A stretch of DNA of 64,000 nucleotides from Spirochaetia bacterium. Its GTDB lineage: Bacteria > Spirochaetota > Spirochaetia > SP-2023. This document shows positions 18,153-28,810 of this stretch, in pieces. The stretch is from the NCBI GenBank assembly GCA_965263295.1, contig OZ253665.1, forward strand, positions 192,001 to 256,000, given 5' to 3'. The position numbers and the translations under genes were made by a program. The first letter of the stretch is position 1. Each line of letters starts with the position of its first letter. The notes beneath the pieces were generated by a model that was given only the letters and a program-made list of their open reading frames with translations, did no database searches and was not told the origin of the DNA.

Positions 18153-20282
18153 ATGCAGAATCAAAATAAAAATATTATAAATCATAGCTTTTTGAGTTTA
18201 AATAGACGTAGATTTACCCTTAGCCTGTTGACATATTTCTGGATAATAATTCTCGGGTATCTCATGACACAAGGGATTATTCAGTATTATATCATTTTAG
18301 GGGTTTGGGGACACAATGACATTATAACTTTCATGTCCAGTTTTCTGTTTCATAATATAATTTTTGCTCTTATATTTGGTATAATTCAAAGCATTTATAT
18401 TTTTTTCATTTGGGACAGACCAGAAAGGTTTATTGCTGAGCTTGAGAAAAATAATCATGAGAATTTGGACGTAACCAGACCTTTGTTTGATTGCCTGTAT
18501 AACAGGCAAAAAATTCTGCCATATGTGTTTCTGAGCTTTGGTTTTTGTCATTCCGTAGCGATTATGACGGACTGGATGCACAGTTCGTTTATTGGAGATA
18601 TAGATTTATGGGTAGTCCGTATTAATTCGTTATTAATGAACTTAAGTTTGTCCTTTATTGCTTGTCGTCTGTTTAATCTTGCAGCAATTCGCTTGTGTGG
18701 TAATTGGGTCCGGAAATTTGAGATCACCTTGATGGGTGATCACAAGCCGTACAACACAAATTATGATTTTCTGATTACTAGTATCAGTATGGGAGTCTTC
18801 TGTATTTTTCTTTCTCTCTATGTATATAATCTTACTTCATTCCAGGGAGATTTTTTAATTGAAAGATTTTTTAACATATTGAATCTTTTACAAATTAAAG
18901 ACATTTACCCAGATAATTATTTAATTGTTAGTATTATGAAGCATGAAATGGCGCAACAGGCAATTTCGATGGTCGGTGTTAATCCGTATATGACACTCAA
19001 TGAGGTGGAAAGTCTTTCTGTTTTTCGCGGTCTGTCTTTAGATCTGGTAAGTTTATTTATCGTTATATTCTACATAATTTCTATTTTTATAATGCATTTC
19101 TGGATAAATGTTGACTCAGTCCAGCGTGTCATCCGCTACCTTTCTGGTTACCTCCGTGGAGTTCTGCAAGGGATCACCAGTCTTAAAGATTCTATGCCTT
19201 TAATACGTTTTGACTCAGTGGGTTATATGATGGGGTACCTGAATCTATTATTCCAGCATATTTATAGGATGATTATGAATCTGATGGATTCCATCGTTCA
19301 GCTGGCTGAAATTTCAGAAAAGTCGACTACTGATGCGGATAATGGTATGAATGAAGTATATAATGTAACTCACAGTTTTGCTTCAGTAAACCTTAAGGCA
19401 GACTTACAGCTGCAGTCTATTCGCGGTATTCGCGAAGCTTTTAACGATTTGCGCCAGATTATTAAGTCCATTGATAATGAAGTCAGTATCCAGAAAGAAC
19501 AATTGGAAACAGCCAAAGCAACTGTTTCTGGAGTGAAGACAGCTATCGTGGAGATGGAGCAATCTAGTAAGAATGTGGCAAAGCTGTTTGAAAAGCTGAA
19601 TAATTTGGCAGGTAGTGGATTGGAAGTCGTACAAAATGCTTATTCAGTCGTGTCTGATATTTCTCAGACTTCATATAATGTTCGCGATATTGTGAATTCT
19701 ATCGAAAAGCTTTCAGGACAGACAGGACTTTTGGCGATGAGTGCATCCATTGAATCAGCTCACGCAGGGAGTCACGGCCTTGGCTTTTCTGTGGTAGCTC
19801 AGTCTGTGCGTAAACTTTCAGATGATTCGGGAACACAGAGTAAGGCGATTCGGGCTCAAATTGAAGAAATGGTACAGAAGGTTGAAGTAGAAGTATTACT
19901 TTCACGGCATGTTAGCCGGTCTTTTCAGTCAATCGCCAATAGTACTCAGAATTCGGCGAATTTGTTTCACCATATCTATAACTCAATTGATGAGCAAAAC
20001 AAGCAATCTGCAACCATCAATGCGGAGATTGAAGATCTACTGGCAACTACCCAAGAAATTTTGAACTTTACTCACGAGCAAGTGCAAATACTTGATGAGT
20101 TGACTCAAACGACTGTCCAAATGGAACAGGATATCCTCAATATTAGCAAGTCGAGTCAATGGCAATCCAACATGAGCGAAGAAATTATCTCTTTGTTTGA
20201 GAGTCTTAATAACCATGTCGTGTTGAATATTGAGCGTGTGCATTCCATTAATGAAAAAATTAAACGCTTCAAACTGGATTAG
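18153..20282 (+). CDS. Methyl-accepting chemotaxis protein with a multi-TM N-terminus and divergent signalling tip
   Basis: QTGLLAMSASIESAHAGSHGLGFSVVAQSVRKLS; C-terminus KRFKLD. Confidence 0.88.
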   Translation: MQNQNKNIINHSFLSLNRRRFTLSLLTYFWIIILGYLMTQGIIQYYIILGVWGHNDIITFMSSFLFHNIIFALIFGIIQSIYIFFIWDRPERFIAELEKNNHENLDVTRPLFDCLYNRQKILPYVFLSFGFCHSVAIMTDWMHSSFIGDIDLWVVRINSLLMNLSLSFIACRLFNLAAIRLCGNWVRKFEITLMGDHKPYNTNYDFLITSISMGVFCIFLSLYVYNLTSFQGDFLIERFFNILNLLQIKDIYPDNYLIVSIMKHEMAQQAISMVGVNPYMTLNEVESLSVFRGLSLDLVSLFIVIFYIISIFIMHFWINVDSVQRVIRYLSGYLRGVLQGITSLKDSMPLIRFDSVGYMMGYLNLLFQHIYRMIMNLMDSIVQLAEISEKSTTDADNGMNEVYNVTHSFASVNLKADLQLQSIRGIREAFNDLRQIIKSIDNEVSIQKEQLETAKATVSGVKTAIVEMEQSSKNVAKLFEKLNNLAGSGLEVVQNAYSVVSDISQTSYNVRDIVNSIEKLSGQTGLLAMSASIESAHAGSHGLGFSVVAQSVRKLSDDSGTQSKAIRAQIEEMVQKVEVEVLLSRHVSRSFQSIANSTQNSANLFHHIYNSIDEQNKQSATINAEIEDLLATTQEILNFTHEQVQILDELTQTTVQMEQDILNISKSSQWQSNMSEEIISLFESLNNHVVLNIERVHSINEKIKRFKLD

Positions 20283-20310
20283 TTAAAAGGTCTACAAAGG
20301 GATATTGCAG

Positions 20311-20790
20311 ATGGCGACGGAGCATCAGCGGCCTAGCTGGGATGACTACTTTTTTGAAGTTTGTCAGGCCATAGCCAAACGCGCCACTTGTGACCGCGGA
20401 CGAAGTGGTTGTGTCATTGTCAAGGACAAGCAGATTCTGGCGACAGGTTATGTGGGGGCACCTGCCGGGCTGCCTCACTGTGATGAAGTGGGGCATCTAC
20501 TTAAGCAGGTGACACATGAAGATGGCAGTGTCAGTTCACATTGTATGCGCACTGTGCATGCCGAACAAAATGCAATTTGCCAGGCAGCCAAGTTCGGTGT
20601 GGCGCTGAATGGCGCAACTTTGTACTGCAGTATGACGCCTTGTCGCAGTTGTGCCATGATGATTATTAATATAGGTATTTGCCGCGTCGTGGCGGACAAG
20701 CGCTACCAGCGCGGGCGGGAAACCGAGCAGATGTTTGCCGAAGCTGGGGTTGAGTTATATTATCGCAGCGATGAAGAAATGCTTTATTGA
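20311..20790 (+). CDS. Deoxycytidylate deaminase family protein
   Basis: RPSWDDYF, RATCDRGRSG, HAEQNA, PCRSC. Confidence 0.93.
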   Translation: MATEHQRPSWDDYFFEVCQAIAKRATCDRGRSGCVIVKDKQILATGYVGAPAGLPHCDEVGHLLKQVTHEDGSVSSHCMRTVHAEQNAICQAAKFGVALNGATLYCSMTPCRSCAMMIINIGICRVVADKRYQRGRETEQMFAEAGVELYYRSDEEMLY

Positions 20791-21039
20791 ATCGTTAAAT
20801 TATCAATTTGTCACGAGGTGAAATTTTTGTCCGCAAGTTTTAATTTTTGGCTGTTCTAAATAAAAATAAAAATCCAAAGGAATGACATTTGACATCAGCG
20901 TTGTTGACGGTGGCTTTGCTCTCAATTGATAAGCTGCGGGCTCCTTTTAGCGATTTCAGTGGTCTTTTCGTATTGATTTTGCAGCCATAATGCTTTGTGC
21001 ATTTTTAGCCGAGCTTAGTATTTTGGGATTATAAAATAT

Positions 21040-21900
21040 ATGGCAGCTAAACGAGGCAAAGGCCAAAGTAAGATACATGGGCCACGGCGGCAGAGAAATC
21101 GTGATTTATCGACGCCTTCTACACAAGTGTATGAACGTGAAACCACAAAATGTGAAATTGGGCATGAATCACCTGAGATATTGCAACAGAGTATACCTGT
21201 CGTTGAAAAGGTAGAGCGCGCGCGAGGAACTACGTTGTACATGGTAGCCACTCCGCTAGGTAATTTGCGTGATATTACTCTGCGAGCTCTAGATATTCTG
21301 GCTTCGGTGGATGTCATTGTCTGTGAGAGCCTGAATCGAGCTAAGAAATTGTTGCGTGCGTACCGCATTCAGCCTGCACAGCTACTGGTTTGTCAGGCCG
21401 GGAATGAAGAAGCCAGTGCGACAGGTCTAATAAAGCTAATGCAGCGGGGGACTAGTATTGCCTATATCTGTGATGCCGGTACACCAGGGCTTAATGATCC
21501 CGGTATGAGACTGGTCGCCGCTGCTCGCTCTGAAGGTTTTGCCGTGGAGGCTTTACCTGGGCCCTCGGCTCTGACTATGATTGCGAGTTTGGCTTCGGCC
21601 TCTTGTAAGCCTTTGAGCTTTATTGGCTTTCTCAGTCCAAAAAGTGGACGGCGCCGACGCGAGCTAAAATTTTGGCTAGAGCAGGGCCACAGTTTTGTTT
21701 TCTATGAGTCTCCGTTTCGCATTATATCCACATTGGAGGAATTAGCTCAACTAGCGCCCGAAAGGGAAATTGGCATGGGGCGCGAAATGACAAAAAAAAA
21801 CGCACAGTTTTTATGGGGAACATCCGATTATATATTATGCCAGTTGAATTCTATGTCAACTGTTTGTGGTGAGTTTACCTTGCTGGTTGCCGCGGGGTGA
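21040..21900 (+). CDS. rsmI: 16S rRNA C1402 2'-O-methyltransferase (start uncertain)
   Basis: LYMVATPLGNLRDITLRAL, DAGTPGLNDPG, LPGPSA, FYESPFR, REMTK. Confidence 0.95.
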   Translation: MAAKRGKGQSKIHGPRRQRNRDLSTPSTQVYERETTKCEIGHESPEILQQSIPVVEKVERARGTTLYMVATPLGNLRDITLRALDILASVDVIVCESLNRAKKLLRAYRIQPAQLLVCQAGNEEASATGLIKLMQRGTSIAYICDAGTPGLNDPGMRLVAAARSEGFAVEALPGPSALTMIASLASASCKPLSFIGFLSPKSGRRRRELKFWLEQGHSFVFYESPFRIISTLEELAQLAPEREIGMGREMTKKNAQFLWGTSDYILCQLNSMSTVCGEFTLLVAAG

Positions 21901-21972
21901 AATCTTTACTTGGCATCCTTGAGTTAGAGAGGTTCAAGTCTCAGGTAATTTTCATTCGCAGGAGTTAATAAT

Positions 21973-22260
21973 ATGCCTATTGATAAAATTGGCTCCACAG
22001 AGAACTACGCTATTGTCAGACGGAATTACGTCAAGCCAAGATTGCAGCAGCATCCTGTGGGGCAAGATACTATCAGCCTGACTAAGGCTGCACAACACAA
22101 TGCGGATATGCTGCGAGTCCGTGACTTGGCTCTGTCTGCCCCCGATACACGTTCCGAAAAAATTGTCGAAATGCAGGGTAAATTGCAGGACCCTGCTTAT
22201 CCCGATCAGGCAATTATTGTCAAATTGGCCGATCGTTTAATTGATCAATGGCATGCGTAA
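21973..22260 (+). CDS. flgM: Anti-sigma28 factor FlgM
   Basis: DTISLT..APDTRSEKIVEM..L...AY pattern; 95 aa; AGGAG RBS. Confidence 0.8.
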   Translation: MPIDKIGSTENYAIVRRNYVKPRLQQHPVGQDTISLTKAAQHNADMLRVRDLALSAPDTRSEKIVEMQGKLQDPAYPDQAIIVKLADRLIDQWHA

Positions 22261-22367
22261 CAATTTATGGTGCCATAAGCAGCAGAATTTCCGTGCCGAT
22301 TATGAGCTCTAGGCTTGCTATACAGCGACAAGGGTTTACCTGCCTCTTTTAGAAAAAGTCGAGATAG

Positions 22368-23234
22368 TTGATTCCGGCTTTTAAATTTGCCCGTCTTAGT
22401 TGCCAGCGCCAGGTATATTGGCTGCTGCAGAGTCTTGATGAAATACAAGAAATGCCGAATGCCGATCGGATGGCAATATATGATTCACATTTGCGAGGGC
22501 TCATACCTGAACAGCGGCGTTTAAGTCTGGCGTTAGAGGCCCAGTGGATGCACTGGTCAAAAGGGATTGAAGTTTCTCAGGCTCAAAAGGTTCAGAAGGC
22601 TCGTCGTGAACTGGAAGAGCTTTTAAAGCAACTCTGCGGTGCCGAACCCAGTGACTGGGATATTGCCGTGAAGGATTTTGGAGGCTTTCCGGCGAAAGTA
22701 AGCGCGGATTACACGATGGGCTTGGAATCTTACCTAGGGCTCTACCTTGATCGAGTGCGCTCGCCTTTTAATATCGGTTCAATATTTCGAAGTGCGGCCG
22801 CATTTGGGGTCAGTGAAGTCTGTTTGCACAATCACTGCCCGGATCTTTGGCACCCGCGTGCGCAGCGCACGGCGATGGGAGCTGTCGAACTCGTCCCGGC
22901 GAGGCGTTGCGATTGGCCTGCAGACGAGGTCCACTTGAGCGAATTGCCCTGGGTCGCTTTGGAAACCCCGGATTTGGTTTGCGAATATCTTGGTATTGGA
23001 GCCACCACAACCCAATTGGATCAATTTTGCTTCCCAACAAATGGTGGCCTTTTGTTGGTGGGGGAGGAGGAACGTGGTCTGCGGCCTGAGCTCTTGTCAT
23101 ATTGTGCCCGCAAAGAAAACCGCCGGCGCGGTGGCGGTCTCCTTTTTATCCCCATGCCTGGCCGCAAGAAGAGTTTGAACCTCGGCGTGGCGGCTGCCAT
23201 AGCCCTCCAGCGTTGGGCTGAAGTCTTGACTTGA
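22368..23234 (+). CDS. TrmH/SpoU-family RNA methyltransferase
   Basis: LDRVRSPFNIGSIFRSA, VGEEERGL, IPMPGRKKSLNLGVAA. Confidence 0.9.
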   Translation: MIPAFKFARLSCQRQVYWLLQSLDEIQEMPNADRMAIYDSHLRGLIPEQRRLSLALEAQWMHWSKGIEVSQAQKVQKARRELEELLKQLCGAEPSDWDIAVKDFGGFPAKVSADYTMGLESYLGLYLDRVRSPFNIGSIFRSAAAFGVSEVCLHNHCPDLWHPRAQRTAMGAVELVPARRCDWPADEVHLSELPWVALETPDLVCEYLGIGATTTQLDQFCFPTNGGLLLVGEEERGLRPELLSYCARKENRRRGGGLLFIPMPGRKKSLNLGVAAAIALQRWAEVLT

Positions 23235-23273
23235 GCCATTGCTTGACTTGGGCTTGACTTGAGCTTGATTTGA
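23225..23273. repeat. Imperfect tandem repeat (cttgacttgRg) at the convergent trmH/proA junction
   Basis: cttgacttgag..cttgacttggg cttgacttgag cttgatttga. Confidence 0.75.
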
Positions 23274-23307
23274 TAATCGTGCCTGCCAGAGAAGGCGGCG
23301 TAGCCGT

Positions 23308-24600
23308 TCAATCGCGTATTTGTCCTCGGCCCAACCCAAACCACTTGGCACAGGTGAGGGCTGTCAATCCCATGGGGCCACGAGCGTGCAGCTTCTGTGT
23401 GCTGATGCCCACTTCGGCGCCCAGACCAAATTGGCCACCGTCGGAAAAACCGCTGGCCATGTTAACGAATACCGAGGCGGCATCGACCTCGTGACAGAAT
23501 ATTTCGGCGTTTTGCTGGTTTTCGGTGACGATAACTTCGGTATGGCGCGAACCATAGTGTTCAATGTGCTCAATGGCTTCATGTAGATCGCGCACAATTC
23601 TGATACACAACTGCGCGGACAGGAACTCTTGGCCGTAACTGTCCGGCGTGGCACTTTGGAGTAGCTCGGCAGGGTAGACGAGCTGCAGGGCGGCCAGGCT
23701 CTCTTCGTCGCAATGGAGGCGAACCTTCGCCGGCGCGAGTTCTGCCACGAGAGAACTGAGCTGAGGCAGTAGGGATTGGTGCACGAGCAGGCAGTCTAAA
23801 GCGTTGCAAACGCTGGGCCTGCGCATTTTGGAGTTGTAGATCAAGGCCGTGGCAATTGGGATGCGGGCACTGTCATCACAAAACAAATGCACTACCCCGG
23901 CTCCGGTTTCTATGAGCGGGATTTGACTGTTTTCGCGTACAAAGCGGATGAGCCCGGCACTGCCGCGCGGTATGCACAAGTCTATGTACTGACGTTGCTC
24001 TAAGAGTTGGACCAGCTCTTCGCGCGAGGTCCCTAGCAGATTGGCCCAGTTGGGGCTGAGACCCTGGGCCTGGAGCTCTTTACGGATAATTCCCACGAGG
24101 CAGGAGTTACTGGCCCAGGCTTCTTTGCCCCCTTTGAGCAGCAGTATGTTGCCAGTGCGCAAAGCCAAAGCGAATAAGTCGATAGTGACGTTGGGACGCG
24201 ACTCGTAGATGACCAGTATCAGCCCAATGGGTACGCGGCGCTGAACGATTTCGGCGCCGTTGGGCATTGAGTAGCGGTAGAGTTCCTGGCCGACAGGGCC
24301 GGGCAGCGTCGCCACTCTGTCGAGGTCATTGGCAACGCCTTGCAGGCGGTCTTCATTGAGCAGGAGGCGGTCGTATATCGGGTTTTGTAATGGATCTTTT
24401 AATGGGTCTTGTAGTGGTTCTTGAGCTTGCAGTTTAGCTAGGTCCTGTCGATTGGCAAGCAATATTTGTTCTTGTGTCTTGGCCTCGCGCAAGCGCGCGG
24501 CCAGTTGCCGCAGCAGCTCGCTGCTGCGTTCTAGGGCCAGGGAATTTTCGCGGCGCCAAATTTGTTTGAGTTGCCGCTGTAATTGATCTGCAGATATCAT
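23308..24600 (-). CDS. proA: Gamma-glutamyl phosphate reductase
   Basis: VIYESRPNVT, IPRGSAGLI, RPSVCNA, DGGQFGLGAEVGISTQKLHARGPMGL; start ATG 24600 chosen for typical length. Confidence 0.97.
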   Translation of the reverse strand: MISADQLQRQLKQIWRRENSLALERSSELLRQLAARLREAKTQEQILLANRQDLAKLQAQEPLQDPLKDPLQNPIYDRLLLNEDRLQGVANDLDRVATLPGPVGQELYRYSMPNGAEIVQRRVPIGLILVIYESRPNVTIDLFALALRTGNILLLKGGKEAWASNSCLVGIIRKELQAQGLSPNWANLLGTSREELVQLLEQRQYIDLCIPRGSAGLIRFVRENSQIPLIETGAGVVHLFCDDSARIPIATALIYNSKMRRPSVCNALDCLLVHQSLLPQLSSLVAELAPAKVRLHCDEESLAALQLVYPAELLQSATPDSYGQEFLSAQLCIRIVRDLHEAIEHIEHYGSRHTEVIVTENQQNAEIFCHEVDAASVFVNMASGFSDGGQFGLGAEVGISTQKLHARGPMGLTALTCAKWFGLGRGQIRD

Positions 24601-24878
24601 CGTTTTCCCCTGGGATTTTTCGAAACCTGTTCGGCATCCGTTTGCAAGTCGCTCTCCGTTTGTAAGGTACTCACCCTGATTTTCCCCTAACTTGTAGACT
24701 GAATCAACTGAGGCAAACATTTGGTGCGTGTATACCAGACGGGGCTCTAAGCAAATTCGAGTATGACGAAATGTCAATTGAATGGAAACTAGGTCTTTGA
24801 AAAACTTCATTCCATTGGTTAAGAGCCGTTCGTTGAAGGCATCACGGCTAGCGGCTGTAAAAAGCCAAGTGGTGGCCC

Positions 24879-26648
24879 TTAGTTTTCGGTCTTCAAACTT
24901 TCGTAGAGTTGGAAATACTTGCCACCCTGCGCCAGTAATTCTTTGTGGTTGCCTTCTTCAATGATGCGGCCGTGGGCCATGACAAATATGCGGTCGGCAT
25001 TGCGCACGGTAGAAAGGCGGTGGGCAATGACAATGCTGGTGCGCCCTGTCAGCACGGCTTCTACGGCCTGCTGGAGCAATGCCTCGGTCTTGGTGTCAAT
25101 GCTTGATGTGGCCTCATCTAAAATTAAGACGAGGGGATTGTAGAGCAGAATGCGCGCAAAGGCGATTAGCTGGCGTTGGCCTAGCGACAGATTCACTCCG
25201 CGTTCGCCGATTACTGTATCATAAGCTTGGGGCTGCCTTTGAATAAACTCGTGGGCGTGAACCATTTTGGCTGCCGCCAGTACTTCGTCATCGCTGGCAT
25301 CCAGACGGCCGTAGCGGATATTCTCACGGATGCTGCTGTTGAACAAAAAACTATCCTGCATCATCACGCCGACTTTGTGCCGCAGGTCACTTAGATCCAA
25401 GCCTGTGATATCTTCGCCATCGAGCCGGATGTGGCCTCTTTGAATGTCGTAAAAACGTGTCAGTAAATTAATGATGGTTGTCTTGCCGGCTCCGGTCTCG
25501 CCGACAATGGCAACTCGCTCGCCGGGGCGCAGGCTAAAGCTTAGGTCTTTTAGCACTTTAATACCCGGTTTGTAGCTGAATTCGACATCTTGAAACTGAA
25601 TCTTGCCTTTGGGTTCTTTTAGGTAGCGCGGTTTTGCCGGGTTTTGCACGTCGATGGGGCGATCCAGGATATCAAAAACCCGTTCAGCCGCAGAGATTGC
25701 CTGCATGACTTGGCTGTAATATTGGCTCATCGCGATGATCGGTTCGTTGAACATCCAGGCGTACTGTACAAAAGTTACCAGGCCGCCGATGCTTATTAGC
25801 CCGAGCTTCAGCTGCTCAAAGCCGTAAATATAGGTGATCAGGATAGCTGTACCATTGAGCAGCAAGACCAGCGGTAAAACTATGTTGTTGGCCAAAGTGG
25901 CCCGCATCCACAGTCGGACACTGCTGTGCAAGTTGTGTTGCATGAGCTCAATATTGTCATCCTCGCGCAAATAGGACTGGTTGACTTTAATACCAGAAAT
26001 GTTTTCCTGTAAAAAAGCGTTGACCACGGAATTTTTTTGTTGTACCGCTTGCCAGCGTTCGTGGATGGTGGAGCGCAGCAGGGCGATAATTATGCTGATA
26101 AATGGAGAAGCAGCCAGAACGATCAGGCTTAACTTAAGGTTTATTGAAATCAGAATGGCAAAGATCAGCACGATGCGCAGCAGGTCGATGATTAGGTTGA
26201 CAAAGCCGTGCTTGAGGACCTGCTGCAGTTGGTCGGTGTTGTAAACAATGCGTACCATCACTTTGCTACTGGGCATCTGATCGTAGAATGAAAAGGACAG
26301 TCGTTGGGCGTGTTCAAAAGCTTGCTGGCGGAGTTTTTCGATGATCTGATTGCCGGCGCCAACCATGAGCTTAAGGCGGTAACGCACGCAAAGGCCATTA
26401 AAGATTACCAGCAAAGCATAAATGGCCCCTGTGCCGAAGACCCGAGGTATATTTTTGTTGGGCACAAAGTCGTCGATTAGCAATTTGGTCAGGTAAGGGC
26501 CCGCAAGTATGGCCAAGGCGCCCAACACCATCAGTAACAGGGCTAGAGAGATCGTGCCCTTATGTTCCTTGAGCAATCCGATCAGGCGCCACAGAGTCTG
26601 GACGCTCAACTCTATATCGTCTTCGTTCTCAATTTGGTTCCCAGTCAT
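24879..26648 (-). CDS. ABC exporter TMD+NBD subunit (consensus Walker B, degenerate signature)
   Basis: GETGAGKT, LSLGQRQ, LILDEATSSID, IAHRLST. Confidence 0.95.
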   Translation of the reverse strand: MTGNQIENEDDIELSVQTLWRLIGLLKEHKGTISLALLLMVLGALAILAGPYLTKLLIDDFVPNKNIPRVFGTGAIYALLVIFNGLCVRYRLKLMVGAGNQIIEKLRQQAFEHAQRLSFSFYDQMPSSKVMVRIVYNTDQLQQVLKHGFVNLIIDLLRIVLIFAILISINLKLSLIVLAASPFISIIIALLRSTIHERWQAVQQKNSVVNAFLQENISGIKVNQSYLREDDNIELMQHNLHSSVRLWMRATLANNIVLPLVLLLNGTAILITYIYGFEQLKLGLISIGGLVTFVQYAWMFNEPIIAMSQYYSQVMQAISAAERVFDILDRPIDVQNPAKPRYLKEPKGKIQFQDVEFSYKPGIKVLKDLSFSLRPGERVAIVGETGAGKTTIINLLTRFYDIQRGHIRLDGEDITGLDLSDLRHKVGVMMQDSFLFNSSIRENIRYGRLDASDDEVLAAAKMVHAHEFIQRQPQAYDTVIGERGVNLSLGQRQLIAFARILLYNPLVLILDEATSSIDTKTEALLQQAVEAVLTGRTSIVIAHRLSTVRNADRIFVMAHGRIIEEGNHKELLAQGGKYFQLYESLKTEN

Positions 26649-26649
26649 T

Positions 26650-28515
26650 TTATTCTACCTTGTGCACTTGCTGCTCGTTGAAAACTTGGGCATATTCTCC
26701 GCCCAATTTGAGTAGTTCGGCGTGCTTGCCGCGTTCAATGATGCGGCCTGCTTTCAATACGATGATCTGGTCACAATTCATCACTGAGCTGATACGGTGG
26801 GCAATGATAATGCGCGTGTGGTGTGAGTCGATCATCTCCAGTTGTCGCTGGATTTCCTGTTCCGTTTCCATGTCGACGGCTGAGGTCGTGTCGTCCAGGA
26901 TCAGAATGGGCGCCTCTTTTACTAGGGCCCGCGCCAGCGCCGTTCGCTGACGCTGACCACCTGAGAGCCCAATGCCGCGTTCGCCGACGACTGTCTGGTA
27001 ACCTTGCTGCAGGGCGCCGATAAAACCGTGGGCCGCGCTGCGTTGTGCTGAACGGATGACTTTTTCCTGCGATATTGAGGCTTCATTGAAACTGATATTA
27101 AAAGCTAGGGTCTCCGAGAAAAGGAAGGGTTCCTGCATCACGTAGGATATTTGGGCCCGCAAGGTGCGCAGATCCCATTGCCGCAGATCCACGCCGTCCA
27201 GCCTGATCTCGCCGCTGTCTGGGTCGGCAAAGCGACAAAGCAGGTCGGCTAGCGTAGTTTTGCCGGCACCAGTCTCTCCAACTATGCCCAGACTTTGTCC
27301 GGCGGGAACTTTGAAGCTGATGCTTTGCAATACGATCTGATTATTGGCTGCGCCTTTGTTTGCCGCTGGACTGCCGGCCTGTTGGCCCCAGGTCACATCG
27401 CGAAACTCTAGTTCGCCTCGGCCCAGTGGGAACTTGGAAAAACTTTGTCGCTTTTGTTCATCGGGTCTTTGTTCATCGGGTCTTTGTTCATCGGGCCTTT
27501 GTTCATCAGGTCTTTGGGTTTTCGGTATATAGGGATGCTCCGGACTACAGATATGCAGCGGTGCATCGAGGATAGCAAATAAGCGTTCCGACGAGACGCG
27601 AGCAAAATTTACGGTATTGACGAGGTCTCCGAGCTGACGCATGGGCATGACGAGCATCCAGGTATAACTGGTAAACTGTACCCAAGTCCCCAGACTGAAA
27701 TCTCCGCGGATAGCCATATAGCCGCCGACTGTCAGAGCTAGAATATTACTGAAAGAGCCGAGTACTTCAAGTATTGGCATGTATTTGGTCCAGAGGGCAA
27801 CAGAGCGCTGACGGCCTTCGGTCAACTTGTGGTTTCTATGTTGGAAACGTTGAATTTCGCAGTCCTGACTCATGAAGTTTTGAATGACTCGTATCCCGTT
27901 CAGACTCTCTTGGGCAACGGCACTCAGCTTGGCGTAGGCTCTGCGGTTGTAGCGCTGCCGGACTTTGCCAATTTTTGCAAACCTGTGCGCAACCAGACCG
28001 ATTACGGGTGAGATCGCGAGGCAGAGCAGAGTCAGGCGCCAATCCAGGTATAGCATGTATAAGCTCGCCAGAGGGAAGAAGATGATATTAAATATTATGG
28101 CCTTCATACCGTTAGATAGAAAATTTCGTACCTGTTCTATGTCACTGGTAGCACGAGACATTAGCTCGCCCACGGTATTGCGATGGTAAAAACTCATATC
28201 CAGCTTCTGCATGTGGGTAAATAGCTCAATCCGCAAGCGCTGGACTGTTTTTTGGCTGAACCATTCTGTGGACAAGTCGCGCAAATAAATGACTATAGCC
28301 AATGTAAAAAAGCTAGAGATCAGCACTAATAGTAGCCGGTAGAGTTGTTCCTGCCGCGCTTCGAGATCGGCCTGGCTTTTAAATACGGTGTCGATAATCT
28401 GGCCGGTAACCCAAGGGATGCTGATATTAGCTAATAGATCAAGGAATAGCATCACAACTACAAAAATCAAAAATCCCAGATAAGGTTTCATGAAAGGATA
28501 GAGACGTTTGAGCAT
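26650..28515 (-). CDS. ABC exporter TMD+NBD subunit (degenerate Walker B), heterodimer partner
   Basis: GETGAGKT, LSGGQRQR, LILDDTTSAVD. Confidence 0.95.
   Translation of the reverse strand: MLKRLYPFMKPYLGFLIFVVVMLFLDLLANISIPWVTGQIIDTVFKSQADLEARQEQLYRLLLVLISSFFTLAIVIYLRDLSTEWFSQKTVQRLRIELFTHMQKLDMSFYHRNTVGELMSRATSDIEQVRNFLSNGMKAIIFNIIFFPLASLYMLYLDWRLTLLCLAISPVIGLVAHRFAKIGKVRQRYNRRAYAKLSAVAQESLNGIRVIQNFMSQDCEIQRFQHRNHKLTEGRQRSVALWTKYMPILEVLGSFSNILALTVGGYMAIRGDFSLGTWVQFTSYTWMLVMPMRQLGDLVNTVNFARVSSERLFAILDAPLHICSPEHPYIPKTQRPDEQRPDEQRPDEQRPDEQKRQSFSKFPLGRGELEFRDVTWGQQAGSPAANKGAANNQIVLQSISFKVPAGQSLGIVGETGAGKTTLADLLCRFADPDSGEIRLDGVDLRQWDLRTLRAQISYVMQEPFLFSETLAFNISFNEASISQEKVIRSAQRSAAHGFIGALQQGYQTVVGERGIGLSGGQRQRTALARALVKEAPILILDDTTSAVDMETEQEIQRQLEMIDSHHTRIIIAHRISSVMNCDQIIVLKAGRIIERGKHAELLKLGGEYAQVFNEQQVHKVE
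27453..27516 (-). repeat. 15-bp in-frame tandem repeat x4 (RPDEQ) in the TMD-NBD linker
   Basis: tttgttcatcgggtc units. Confidence 0.95.
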
Positions 28516-28754
28516 GAGCGACTCCCGCAGTTTTGGGTTAAAACTTTGAGATATAAAATTAGCCGTATCATAATTAATCGGCCAGAACTGGCTTGGAATG
28601 TATTGCGAATTAGGATTTTATGATAATTTAGGATTTAACTAGTTACTGTGAATTAGAATGAGGTTACAAATACTTTTGCTGTGAAATTTGCTTAGAAAGT
28701 TTGAATCTGCAAATATAAACAATCCAGAAAAAATTGAAATTATGGGTCATTCCC

Positions 28755-28800
28755 TTTTTTATCCCTGTAATTTATCCATAGATAAAACAGGGATAAAAAA
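28755..28800 (-). terminator. Intrinsic terminator downstream of rpsD
   Basis: ttttttatccctgt..tttatc cata gataaa acagggataaaaaa inverted repeat with T/A tails. Confidence 0.85.
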
Positions 28801-28810
28801 GTTGTAAACT

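Noticed and set aside
8492..21800. 8-9 nt homopolymers in murJ (8492-8499), the SBP gene (11870-11878), smpB and rsmI as phase-variation sites
   Set aside because: All are in frame, they occur in housekeeping genes too, and such runs are common in this window.
21901..21972. sigma28 promoter for flgM
   Set aside because: No convincing TAAA-N15-GCCGATAA match.
24601..24810. Long N-terminal extensions predicted for proA (similarly hisA, hisF, infB, pyrE)
   Set aside because: ORF-caller over-extension; family homology and RBS position favour downstream starts.
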